Shown: one piece after another, positions 1-12,688 of the stretch
Numbering within the stretch: the stretch's first letter is position 1
Layout: each line of letters begins with the position of its first letter
Origin: Glycera tridactyla
Taxonomy: Eukaryota
DNA length: 64,000 nucleotides
Direction: 5' to 3'
Assembly: GCA_965644265.1 (NCBI GenBank)
Contig: OZ286466.1
Span: 29,698,001 to 29,762,000, forward strand
Program-made: the position numbers and the translations under genes
The notes under the pieces: generated by a model
Seen by the model: only the letters and a program-made list of their open reading frames with translations
Told to the model about the DNA's origin: nothing
Database searches by the model: none

Positions 1-777
1 TACTTCATTGACTATGCAAGAGTAACAATGGATGATTCTATCGAAAAAAAGCTATGCACACACACGGTGCTGAGATTATGATCTTGAATAAGTAATAATT
101 CCTTCCGAATTATTATGAAAGCCAAGACTAGCAGCACTTGGGGAGGGTGGAGGTTCTCATCAGCCAGGTGGGGAATCACATGCAAGGCAGGATAAAAGCC
201 ATCAGTAATCAGCGTGGTGATCAGGAATGATGCCAGGATAGAGCAGCATCCCTCCCCCCTCATCCCCATCACCTCATCACAGACGTGCATGTTGCTCATC
301 AATGATGGAGAGCTCCCACAGAAGTCCCGGCAAATTCTATCCATCCTCCTCCTTTTTCATCTGACCCGACCTCACCCACCGATTGGGAAAGCAGGTCACA
401 GTTGAACGAGTCCGTCGACCCAAATGAGCAGAATACTAATCCTGGGCACAACCTTGTCTATCATGCAGGATGCTATCATCAATATAAGAATGAAACAAGA
501 AAAAAATAATTAATTTAGAAATATTTTCATAGAAAGGAATTTAATCATTCCAACGGTATATAGGGAATCATACTTTTATCCTTACTACAGTCATGATAAG
601 AAAATGAATGTCTCGAGAAATAACATGCAGAAGTGAGATGCATGTCACAGAATAGTTTGACCTCGAAGATGCATGAACAAATGGGGAGTGAGGCATTATC
701 TATATAAAGTATGTAAAATATCAAGGTCATTCATGACCAAATGACTCAACCATTAATGGCCAGATGTGAATAGGTAC

Positions 778-1013
778 ACCAGAAAAGGAAGGGGGAGAGG
801 GAGTGAGAAAAGGAGAAGGAAGAAGGGGCAAGGGAAGGGAACAAATCACTCAACCAGTATACAGATCAGAAATGGAGGGGGGGGGGAAGAAAGAGGGATT
901 AGTTATTTGGGGCAGGTTTCAAATCAACACAACTTGGGAAAGGGGAGAGGAAGAGGGGAAGAGACAGAGGAGGAGGAGGGAGGGGAAGAGAAGGGGATAG
1001 AGAGACCTTATGT
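778..1013. repeat. purine-rich (GA/GGA) low-complexity tract
   Basis: Near-continuous A/G runs (gaaaaggaagggggagagggagtgagaaaaggagaagg...gaggaggaggagggagggg). This explains the Arg/Gly/Glu-rich ORFs 766..1038 and 803..1000. Confidence 0.85.
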
Positions 1014-2271
1014 GCACACAAATGGGAGCAGGCTATAGCTTTGTGTTAATATTGCACAGTGTGCCATGGCACACATAAATTCACTTTATCAATGGAGGCC
1101 AGCAAACCAACAAGAGTGACATCTGCTGGAATTGTAGTATGACAGACAGATGGGAGGACAAACAGAAGGCCTCCTAATATACACTGACAGCAAATAGGAT
1201 TCTGGCCAATACACACCAATACACACACACACACACCATGGCTTCTCAATACTCTCTAACCCTTGCAATCTACTCACACTCCACAATTCAATTCAAGATT
1301 ACCTCCTCATCTCAACCCTGTGACATTCTCAATTAAATGCACTGGAAAAGTGTGAATAATTTCCACAGCTTCTATTGAACTGTCCTCGAATCTAAAGATG
1401 AGCGTTTTGTTGAAAGTTACGCTAGTGAGGGGTGATGTTGGTTGGCATGGTGATGCTTGTGTTGCCTGGTAGCCAGGGACATCCCCGTGAGAAGGTATAC
1501 AGCTGTGTGGCACCAGTCACAAGGAAAATAGAGCAGCTTTTGCAGTGGAAAGCTCCCACATACTCTCACTACCGCCACCATGGTGGCATCCAATATTACA
1601 ATATTACGAACCCCCAACCACCTTCCAACCACAATTCTGTCACCCTCTTCAACTCACTGCTATCCTAAGTGAACATAAATCTACTGCACAGGACAATACC
1701 ATTAACTTGCTTTTCTTTGATTAAAATTCCCATATTGACATGTATGTATTCTGCTATCGCCTGTATAAATAAAGTTTTTGTTATACTGTTATACTGTTAT
1801 ACTGTTATTAACATCATTGCAGGAGTGCCTTCACTAGATGACGATGCCATTACATAGGTGACAAACTTTGAAGGACCAAAAAATAGTAGCAGTACTAATT
1901 TCAAAGAGTAGCAGTGCCAGTAATTGCAATTGATCAATAATAATCTTTATTCTTCAGAGTAGCGCAAACTGAAATGCAAGAAATTTTGCCTGAAAAGAGC
2001 AGTTGCTATGCCAGAGTCATAGTGGCTGTCATCTCTGTCATTACTGGAATGGATTATTGAAGCCACAAAATTTGTGGGCAATCATGACAGAGTACTCATC
2101 ATTCTCTCATCAATAGTCGAAGTCAATGTTGGTTGAACCCTGGCTGTGGGGTACCCTAGCTTGCTAGTTTTGCCCAAAATTTCAAGGCAGCATGAATATA
2201 TTAATGAATACTACTCCCTTCCATACAGGCTAGACGCAACTTATGTCTTGCTGAAAGTTTCTGACTTCACC

Positions 2272-2272
<1 letters not shown>

Positions 2273-2316
<44 letters not shown>

Positions 2317-2326
2317 TGTGTGTGTG
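2273..2326. repeat. (TG)n microsatellite
   Basis: About 27 TG units with one TA interruption. Confidence 0.97.
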
Positions 2327-5300
2327 TTCATGTGTGTCTGTGCATGTGCATGCTACATTAGACATGTGTATGTGGCATGTGGGGCGCGTATGCTTATATC
2401 TGAGAAAATTCGACTGCGCCAGCACCTGGCATGCAAACTGACTAACACTGTGCAAACACACCGAGTGCCGCAAACACACAAACATGCACACAAACCAAGG
2501 AAGGCACAAGCAAGCCAGTGCCGACGGTGTTTGTTCCAGCGCGGACGGCAATTATCTTCGGACACGTTTTGTGTATGCATGCTGGGTGCGGACCAGATCC
2601 AACTAATTATCGTTGCTTGTCAACTAATATACTCAGTCACGGGCGCTCACTCGTTCGTTCATTCGCTCGCCAGCACCAAGATTACCAGCGCTCATTAACC
2701 TTAATCCAACCTCGCCGATAAATTACGCCCAAATTGCATTTCAAAGAGAAAATATGGAATATCTGCATATTCGAGGGCAGTGCAAGCCATCAAGAAATTT
2801 CCATCTCATTTGCGCATTGATCCGTATTCGTGCATGTTTTTGTTTTGTGAAGCCACAAATGTTGGTTTCCACTAAGGATAGCCTGGTATATTCAATGATC
2901 TGGATACCAAGTGGTTCTTAAAATGGCACAGATTATGGTTTGGTTGGTAAATTGATTGGTTGGCAGGTTGGATGTCATTGTGTGTAGTCTGTGTCCTAGA
3001 TGAATAAACGTTCAATGTGTTGTCTCCCGTAAGCTTTACTCTCATTGTACACATTGTGCTCTACTTATCTCAATTTCATGATCCCAAAACCAAAATATCA
3101 TCCAAATAATGATTTTTTTTTTACCATACTTTAGCTGGCTACATTTTCTCTCGAAGAAACCCAAATCTGCAGATCCTTACATCAGTCAATTCCCTAGGAT
3201 AGGAATGCAGGATAGAGGCGATTTTGAATCCTGATTCTGATGTGCGAATTCCATGCTAGGTTGACTCCACCCATTCAATGTGTGATCCATCATGACATAT
3301 CATTTCTTTTCAGAAAGTAGATTTCCGATGACTTCAATGAGATCAGTGGAGATTTACCCGAGGGGGGTTCCCCATACAGGGATTCCATCCCAACTAACCC
3401 ACAGAAACCAAAACAACCATTCCACGGCTGACGTTCACACTGAGCAGATCAAGTGAGCAGATCAAGCGGGTTGCTAGGCCAGATTCACACTTGTGAAGTC
3501 CTAGATTACCATCCTGCCACTGTTCACACCTAGCAATTAGGAGGTGTGAGGGTGAGTCACACCATCTACATGCCACTGGGAGCAAGAGCACCATGGCTTC
3601 GTAGTTTTTTTTTCCCAGTGATACTATGGAAATTGCTTGAAACATGGATCAAATTTCCTCAAAAACCACATTGACTCACACAGAGTACTGAATCTGCAGT
3701 CTGGATGACTGGTTGCCTTAAACTAAGCACTGATTGGTTGAAATCACTCATAAAGTCAGAGCAAGGGGAGAGAGCTGCCCGCCTGACTAGGGTAGGTAGA
3801 TTTTCCGGGTGGGTAGGTAGAAAATCATCATCAATGCTTTCCATATCTGAACAGGGCAGTTTGGTTTGTCAGGATGGAGGATCAGTTGTCTTTATTTCTT
3901 ACTTGGAAAATATCCTCAACAAAAAGTTGTTTTTAATGAGTATGATATTTGAATTTCTCAAACTCTGCCAATGAAATGAACTGTGGGAGCAACCGAGAAA
4001 AAAGCTATGTAGCACATTTGTGCAATAAGGCAAGCTGCCTGAGGTTGCAACACTGGAAGTGGGGGAAGGATGGCCGGATTATCACATTATCACATGGTCT
4101 CAAGATGTGGAATGACCATAGACAACATGACACGCCATTCGCCAGGTCTAATTCAAATTTTTGTACCGACCATATTTGGTCCAGTTCTCGGAGGCTATAG
4201 ATATACAGAAAGAGCACAGCGACCGCCTGCCGGCACTGAAGCAATTTACCCGCCGGTACACATAGACCTCTGTGTACTGCCATGCACTGTTACGGAATTC
4301 TAGTCCGCCAGCTCTTATTGTCTTCGACAAGTGACACTCGCAGATCCGCTAAAAGAACGACCTCAAGAAAGCATATTTGTGTATTCGGGGGCCTGATTTA
4401 TAAGGCTCTCCCCATTCACGTCACTTCTGCTTGCACTTAAAGTGTCAGCGCATAATTTGTGTTTGCCACGGTGGCGACATCTTGTACATCAATCTTGAAC
4501 TAAGCGTCTCTGCTACCTGACAGTTCCTCTTTCACTTTTGCCATCAATGACCATTCGGCGCCAGTCATGTAGAAGTTGTGCCGAGCGGCGGCACCACGAG
4601 AAATAACTGCCCGCAATCTGTGAACTGCCCCACTTGTCTCGGAGAAAAAGGCTGTTTCTCGTGGTATTCATGTCTTCTGCCACTTGGCAAACAGGTGCTG
4701 AAATATATGTCCGGCCACCTGCGAAACAAACACCGAGACAACTTCAAAGGAATACAATCCTTATTTTATTCTAGTGGCTGGCCACCAGACCATAAATTTT
4801 GCCGATTCAACCTAAGCATTGACACCATCATTTAGCATGATACTCCCAGTCACCCATTTCTCACTCACTATCTGGTTTTTTCTCACTATTATGAGCATTT
4901 TCACACAAATTCCCTGGTGTTTCACACAATCCCAGAATGAGTACATCACCCACCACAGACCAGTTACAGACATTTTTGGATAGCACCTTGAGTTTGTACT
5001 CTTTTTCTTACTTTGAATCAAGCATTGGTCCAAAGACCCTGCCGACCATCTTTCAGCCACCCCAATGTCAGAAAGATGGAGCAAAAATATTCTAGAATAT
5101 GGTCAAATTTCTGGAATAAAACCTCATATTGTGGAAGATATCTCCCAAAGTACAGATTTCATCAAATCTTCCAGAACTTTTCAGGAAAACTGGCATCACT
5201 CATCACTAATGTTCCATTCAAGGTAGGATCAAATAAGATAAAGATAGTGGATTTACTCAATTCAAACCACAAGAAAATGACTCAATACCAATAGACTTGT

Positions 5301-7960
5301 TCATCTAATATCACAATGTCCCCCTCCCAGGAGTGTAAGCCCAGTGGAGAGGACCAGTGGAAAGTACTCCCGCACCTCTAGGCTGGCTGAAACTCCCCGT
5401 GGACCTGATAGTGAGGCATGGATGCTCACGTCTACCCTGATGCATGGTTGCTCATGCGACACTAAACAGCATCAAGTCTGGCTCCCACGGTTTCCATCGT
5501 ACTTCCCCTACTCTAATCTGATCTCTCCATGTCCCATTCCCTGCCTTTTGTCCAGCATTCATAGGGAGGAATGCTGGTTAAAAGATATGCTGATATTGGC
5601 TTCTGTTATCCCAACCTATTACCTTGTGGTCAAATATCAATGGATACAGCCAATGGATACAGAATAGTGCATGTTTGTCCACATGAAAAGAAAGAATGTC
5701 CAAGGAAGTTATACTAAGAAACGAATGAAAGCACTTGCAGTTGAATTGCCTCATATATGTTCAGAAAGTTGTCTAATGAGACCGTCTTTGCATCTTTTCT
5801 ACCAATCAATGAAAGTTACTTCTGCTCAATTCATCATCACACTCAAACCTGATATTAAAAGGGCCTTTTTCCTAATGCAAGGGGTAATCATTTGGTTGGC
5901 TCTGCTTCCAATATCTATTTCAGATCTACAAAAGCTGAAACTCCTCAATTTCAAATGATTTTGCAAGATGGAGAAGCATAATAAATTCATCTCCAGCATG
6001 TGTATGAACCCACACACAGTTGGCTGCGATGCCTCTGGGTCTCCAAGCTGAATATCTTGAGTAAATCACTGGCCTTTGCCCATCCTTAGAATTGATAACA
6101 ATGCTACACACAGATGTGGTGTGTTGGAAACATCATCCTTTTATCGAATAAATCCACTCAGGAAGATGAGCTATAGATGGTTCAGAACACGCCTGATTAT
6201 TTATCGCTCTCCCAATATTTCAGCCACGATATTCGACATGCATGAAATCTGTCCACGACGATGGTTAATGAAGGGAAAAATGGGTGGGCGGAGAAAGTGA
6301 CTGAGGATATCGATGGCTTTTTCATAGTTGGAAATAAATTGCCCACCATGTAACTGCTCAGGCAAGTTATTGAAGCTGAGCCCGGGGTAAATTAATCAGT
6401 TTAAAGTGAGCGCTGGTATACGTGCGTGCGATCGGGACGGCAAGATTGTGCATGTGTGTGTGCTTTGCGCGGGTGATAATAGAAGCAAATGACTAATCAA
6501 CCCTTTCAGCAGTACATGACTTTAACCCCCAGGTTCCCGTTCTTATTATTCTGGACAAACCAAACCAAGCAATCGGAATACACACCCACTTGAATTAAGC
6601 TTCAACGAGTTCCAACTTGCTCTGGCTCCTGCTCCACAAGACTTTCTTGTGAATTGTAAAACTCAACAAAGAGATGATATCTGTGGGTGGTTTATGGGCA
6701 TGTGATGATGAAAGTGAACTAATTAGAGGATATAAAGCTCTCGATGCGATTATTAACATGAGATAAACGTCAGATATGAACCATGTGGAGCTGCTGATTT
6801 AAGAGCAGGGATGGAATGCGAAAAAAGAACGCTCATCCATCTATGGTGGCGGCAAGAATTTTTTCAAGAATGAATACATTCATCAGAAAATTCAGGACTG
6901 CGTCCAATGTCTCTTGAAATTTATCATGAACATGTCGAACATGTTGGATTGGCGTAAAATGGGAAAGGCAGACCTTTGGCAAGGTGGTGGACCAATGCTT
7001 GTTGCCATACAAGTGCTCTGATAGGCCAGTTTTTCAGGGAATAGTTCCAATGTTATTGCTTTGATTGGTCAGATTTGGATAAAGATCAGTTTGCCAGGTA
7101 TTATGATAAAAGATGCTCCATAAATTCCTTCATGAATGAGTAATAAGCAGACAAAAAGAATGAAAAGAATAAATTACCAACTGAGAAAAGCTGAAATGTT
7201 TGTGTGTGGCCTAGTCAGCATGGGGGTTTCTCCACACCAATCCCTTCTTGAGAAGTTGTATCTTCAAAATATCTGTGTGGCAGGATTTTTTCCCCCTACA
7301 ATTTCTAGCAGCAATCATTGCTCAAGCAGATGGCAGCACACACGCCACCAAACTGCCACAATGAGGAGTAACAGACTCCGTCCCCAAACATCATTTACAC
7401 CATTCTGGGCTGGACTACTTCTTCTGGCGTATTGATTTCTACCGATCATGCCTATTCACTGTAGGCGGATTTGATTTGCCGAGCATGGGGGTATCCTAGC
7501 AAAGCCGAGAACTAATCACCATGCCAGCTACAGCGCCACCTATTGATCATTGAGAGCGACACTTAGTGCACATAAAGTGTACATCATCCTTGCACCTAAA
7601 TCAGCAAACTGCAACCAGCACTGCCTCCGTAAAAGATTAATACATATTGCCCATGGTCACCGTTCGGTGGATGTTTTATCCATCTAACATGACCTATCCA
7701 CTGATGGTTAGCTTCAATTGATGGGTTTCCGTTCAAGATAAAGTCACTTTTTTGGTAATAAGAATGAATATGTGAATCACCCTATCATAAAAGTCAAAGA
7801 CAACACCTTGAATTCAGTATACCACCTGGTGGCATATCTCATTTCAGGGCAGGAGGTCAGTGAACACTGAAGTCCAAGAGGTCCCTTTTCATAATCTGGT
7901 AATTCAAATATTTTCATCTTGGAACTACTGAATTAGGCAGCATTTTTTTTTTATCAAGGT

Positions 7961-8977
7961 CAGGGTTTCCGGGGATACAAACACTCATCAGATAATCTCA
8001 GTATCAGGATGGCAGTATTCGAGATAGCTGAAAATTGTAGCAATTTACCGCATTTTCAAGACTCACCACCTGAAAATGGATTATACCGTTCGATAACATG
8101 CGTGAACCCACCTAGAACAGAAAATGTGATTACAACGTTAGTTTCCAAGAAAGCATTCTGTGTTCACTCAACACTGATACAATTTGATGACATCCAATTC
8201 TCACCAATTATTCAAACATACAAGGGAATGCTGAAATCACAAGATAAATCTATAGATGCACAGCTAAAAACACTGAAAATCTGAACGTGAGCACTTATAC
8301 AGAGATTTCGTCAATCAACAAACCCAAACAACTGGTGAACTTTATACAAACATTGTGCTCTATCTCCACTAATACCGGTCCGATCTTCATGATCTAAAAG
8401 TCAAATAATCAGTAGAAAATATTCTTCACTGCCATGTACATGAATTAATTTTTGTGATCGAAAACACGGACATCCGCAGAACGATCACATCCCTCTACAT
8501 GGTTCATACAAGATTCTTACGAAAAAATTCCAGAGTTTTTCCAGAACATTTCCAGTACACCATGAAGAATTTCCAGAACACACACAACCAATATATTCAT
8601 GGTTTTCCAAAAGAATGCCTCATAATTAATGGTGATTCTATATGTGCAGCATCAGCGACTAGAGGTAGTATGTCTGAACCACTGAGTTTTCTGAAATTCT
8701 CCATTATGAAGGTGATCACGATTTTTCATGTGCACATCTTAGTGGTCATTTTGAGTTACCAGAACTATTGATGTCTACAATGTGCACTGTCAATCAGCAA
8801 AAATGAGTGAAATTACTAGGTTTTTGCTGATCTCCAGAATATAGGTATGAGTTCCAGAGTGCAAATCTCAAAATTCCAGTATTTTTCCAGAACAATAAAG
8901 TGAAAAACATGTTTTCCAGAACATTTCCAGTACAGGTAATGATTTCCAGAACATTTCCAGAGTCTGTGCGAACCCTG
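7961..8977. mobile_element. probable non-autonomous hAT-like element (about 1.0 kb)
   Basis: Left end CAGGGTTT and right end GTGCGAACCCTG (reverse complement CAGGGTTCGCAC). Many internal TTCCAGAAC(A) sub-terminal repeats at about 8530-8580 and 8875-8962. Flanks atcaaggt / ctctaaggt resemble a decayed 8-bp TSD. Only 7 bp of TIR match exactly. Confidence 0.45.
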
Positions 8978-11043
8978 CTCTAAGGTGAGTGATGAATGTG
9001 GGCAATTGGAGGATAAGGGAAGCAATGGTCTGAAAGGAGTATTAATCGATGATTTTTGACAAAAATTCATTATTCCTGGCCAACTGTCGCCCATATTACA
9101 GAGGTTCCGGTAAATTATCACTTGTGCCTTCTGCAAGCCTCGTGACCACACCTCATGGTCTGTTGGCACACACCAGAGGTGTGGAAATCAGTGAGTTTGT
9201 GAATGGCCGCTGGCACGTCAGAGTGTCACATAGGCCGTCAAATCAAGGGCAAGAGTGATGTCCGGTTTGAATTATGCACGACTTGACAAGTGTGTCTGTC
9301 CAGTGACCACCGTTCAACAAGCCCCGCTTGTAATCCCCACCAATACTACTTCATTATTGGACGGAACCAAAAAAGTCTGACAAATCCCACCAATACCACA
9401 TTGCTACCTTCGCACACCAAAGAGTGCGACCTAGCGCTAATTAGGTTAGAGCAAATAGAGACATCGTCCTCGTCTATAGGCAACTTATCGCAGCTTCTCT
9501 CACAAAGCGGTCAACGATGAATCAACATTCCCCTGCACGTACCTCCCCTGCCAAGACAGCGCACTCTACTGGCCATCAGGGATCGCAACATCCAAGCCCG
9601 AGACCGAGATTTTGTCCGACAAATGAATTTTCTAGGCGACGAGTGGTCTCCCAACTCTCATCAATCACACACATGTATGTGTATGTATATCAAGAAAGAC
9701 AATTCCACCATGTCTCCTGACACATCGCTTTGCATATAAATGCCAGTGGTGCAAATGGTGGCAAAATTCCAAGAAATATAACAGTAGTATCTGAAACTAA
9801 ATCCTCATATTGTTAAACTCCTCCGTTTCGAAACATCCAGCAACTGAAACAACTTCTCAATTTCAAGTTTTCAACCAATGTTCATAAAACTGGCATGAGA
9901 CTGAAATGCCATATGGACACATCCACATTTTCCCAAAGTTTATAGTTCATTTCAGAAATTAGGAGTTTTCTCAACCGAAGCATGAAAGATGTATGGTCAT
10001 AAAATAAATACTCAAGAACGACTCAGTCATATATATCAGATATTCATGGATAAATATGAGTAATGACCTTGTGAAAGTGAAAATCTTTCAAAACTGGCTG
10101 GCGAAATGAAGCCTACAGATTCAGGTCTGCAGCACTGAATGCCAGAGATCACCTCAATCATTCAGACTGTGACTGCCAAGTCAGTAACTGCATTACCAAC
10201 CAGTGTCCTGATAGTTGGATTCACATTATTCGAGTTGGGTTATAGTTGGTACGATATAAACGCTCATCGAGCTGCGATTGAGCAAAATCAGTCACCGTTC
10301 GCTCCCGTGACAACCCGCCTGTCATATTATGATGCTCGTCTTTTCCCAAAGGTGATAAATAAGACGAGTATAGCGAAAAGTCTGACAAAACCATGACACC
10401 CCTGCAGTATATTAACTCATACAATGAAAGGGTCGAGTTTCAATAAGCATATCGTCAACCTCGAACAAGGCTCCTAGGGAACATATGAGACCCAGATCGA
10501 TTCAATATAATATGTACAGGGGCACCAGAGGGCATCAAAGTGGCCATGTGCGTCAGACGATGTGAAATATGTTGATTTTACGCAGCCACTCCATGCATCT
10601 TCTAATCTCCAAGAACGCTTCATTTCACTCGCACCCAACGGAATTCATTGAGAAATGTCGCAACTTGCATTCATAGTGCCCTCTACCAACCGGGGGCCCT
10701 GTGTGGCGTGATTATTAGATACACAGTTTTATTCTGTGCAATATATAATGACACGATGTTTGCTTCTGTCCATCCGAACTCAGCAGAGTCGGTCACCTTC
10801 CACACGCCGACGATATATCACGACCTCAGCATTCAATCTGCCGCCGACCAATGACACAATGCCACTGTCATCCCTCGGTCACCCTCCTGCGATTTATAAC
10901 TCCGCAATACTAACCAATACATACAGATGTATCGCTGGGTCGAGCACAATCTCTGTCCCAAATATGTATTTCAGTGGAGATATCCCACCGAATAACTTTT
11001 CCTTCCAGAACTATGGATGGGGCATACAGTCGAATCTGTGATG

Positions 11044-11170
11044 AGAACCCCCACTAAGACCACCTCTGATTGGAGACCACTCCTGTCCGGTAGTTCAATA
11101 ATACCTGTGACAAGAGACCACCTCTTTTGAGAGACAGCTATTCGATGACATGAGATTAGTATATTGTTGC
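11044..11170. mobile_element. internal fragment of the pogo/Tigger-like CAGT MITE family
   Basis: Repeated (g/a)agaccac(c/t) motifs as in the copies at 26943 and 58499; no intact TIR. Confidence 0.45.
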
Positions 11171-12137
11171 AGGTCTCACAATAAAATTCCACAGGCTGCT
11201 TTCATTCCCGGGAGAAAAATGTCACATTTCAGGGAAATAACATGGAATGCTGAGTAAAAATGTTTGATCTAATCCTTGGATAGGCTCACCTGTCTTGCAG
11301 AAGATTTATTTATCGGTGATTATTGATTAGAAACTGATTCAAATTTAATTGGATGCGCACTTACTCGTTCTATAAAATGAAACTTTGGTGAAGATCAATC
11401 GTCAGATTTCATAATTTTCCAACAATTCCAGGCTAACTAAGGATCCTGCTCAATAGACATCTAGAAATAGCGACAAAAACTCATTCACTGCACGATGGTT
11501 TGGCATCAACAGAAGCAGCAATTATCAAGACGGATGTTTCCGACAAGTTTCTACGACTGGAGATTCAGTCATAAATTCCAAACATGTTCCCGTCAATCTC
11601 CTGACGTGATCCAACTTTGAAACGACTTCAAAGACAATCAAATGTGGCGCCTGTCAACGATGGAATAATGGAAATAAATTGTGAACACATCAGATATGAA
11701 GTGTGACAATTTATGAAAGAAACCTGTCCGGATATTGGCGATATTGACATGCTTGATATCGCGCCGCAAAGACCCGTTACATCCGGCGTTGGCACATTAG
11801 CATGCGGCAGGTATCAGCTCGAACATTTGTTATTGCCAACCTGTCACTTCAGCTCCATCCATGACGGGCCAACTGTGATACGGCAAAAATACATCTTCAC
11901 AACCCCACAAGAGGGTCAGCAAATCTCTTCTATTTTTGCATTGACATTTTTAGTCTGTTTCCTCACTGCTTCACGAAATCTCTGTAGGAAGGCAACCGTT
12001 CAATCAGCACAATCGCATCTGATCTTTACTTGGGAGGTGTTCTTTATTTGCAGGTATCATCGTGTATAGGAAGAGAGTATTTCTGATACAACATGGATGC
12101 AAACCTTTGATGACCAGAAATAGTAATGATAGTAGTA

Positions 12138-12314
12138 CAGTCAAACCTGTTCTAAGTAGCCACCCTTCGGGAAGGCAAAAATTGGCTGCTTAGGGCAGGT
12201 GGCTGCTTAGAGAGAGTTAATTATAGTGGAAAAACCTCCAGCGGGAAATTCAAAAGTGGCTGCTTACGGCAGGTGGCTGGTTAGTACAGTGGCTGCTTAG
12301 GACAGGTTGGACTG
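12138..12314. mobile_element. complete pogo/Tigger-like MITE (177 bp)
   Basis: TA TSD at 12136-37 and 12315-16. 22-bp TIR cagtcaaacctgttctaagtag versus reverse complement cagtccaacctgtcctaagcag (19/22). Internal ggtggctgctta repeats. Confidence 0.9.
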
Positions 12315-12635
12315 TATTCGCAATGATCAAATTGAAAGAGTTCGAAATTCTTGGAAGTAGTGCAGCATGCAAAATGACAAAATATTTTCCCATGGACAGT
12401 AATTATCATTCCAGAATAATTATGGTTGGCATCTGCCCTCAAATATCCATCAACATTCCGGTAAAGTTTTCAGCCAAGGTTGACCACACAGAAAGCATGC
12501 AGTATATTTGACTTTGTCTAAAAGGAAGTTTCCGCTGAGGATGTGCTCTCCCATTGGCGATGGTCTCTCTCATCAGGCTATCCCTCACTGCACGTTAAAC
12601 TGAATCACTAAACTGGTGGTATCTGTTTTTAGGTA

Positions 12636-12688
12636 CAGTTGAGCCTGCTCTGATCAAAGGCCACTTTTTTTTTAGACAGGTTCAACTA
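12636..12688. mobile_element. internally deleted mini-MITE of the same CAGT family
   Basis: ta|cagttgagcctgctct ... agacaggttcaacta; the two TIRs are separated by only about 20 bp. Confidence 0.6.

Noticed and set aside
390-510. Peptide NLVYHAGCYHQYKN, reminiscent of the YHxxCY motif in large invertebrate transposon-associated proteins
   Set aside because: Short, bounded by stops, and the neighbouring frames (1060-1650) do not extend the match. Needs a blastx/HMM search.
3950-4760. CpG-rich block with Cys/His-rich frames (MSGHLRNKH, BED/C2H2-like)
   Set aside because: Stops occur about every 25 codons in all six frames and zinc-finger spacing is incomplete. Treated as a non-coding CpG patch.
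12598-12625. Partial resemblance to miR-317 (ctggtggtatct); likewise miR-29-like gcaccatttgaa near 44182, miR-31-like ggcaagatg near 39863 and bantam-like tgagatcatt near 54222
   Set aside because: Only 9-12 nt match and no flanking precursor hairpin.
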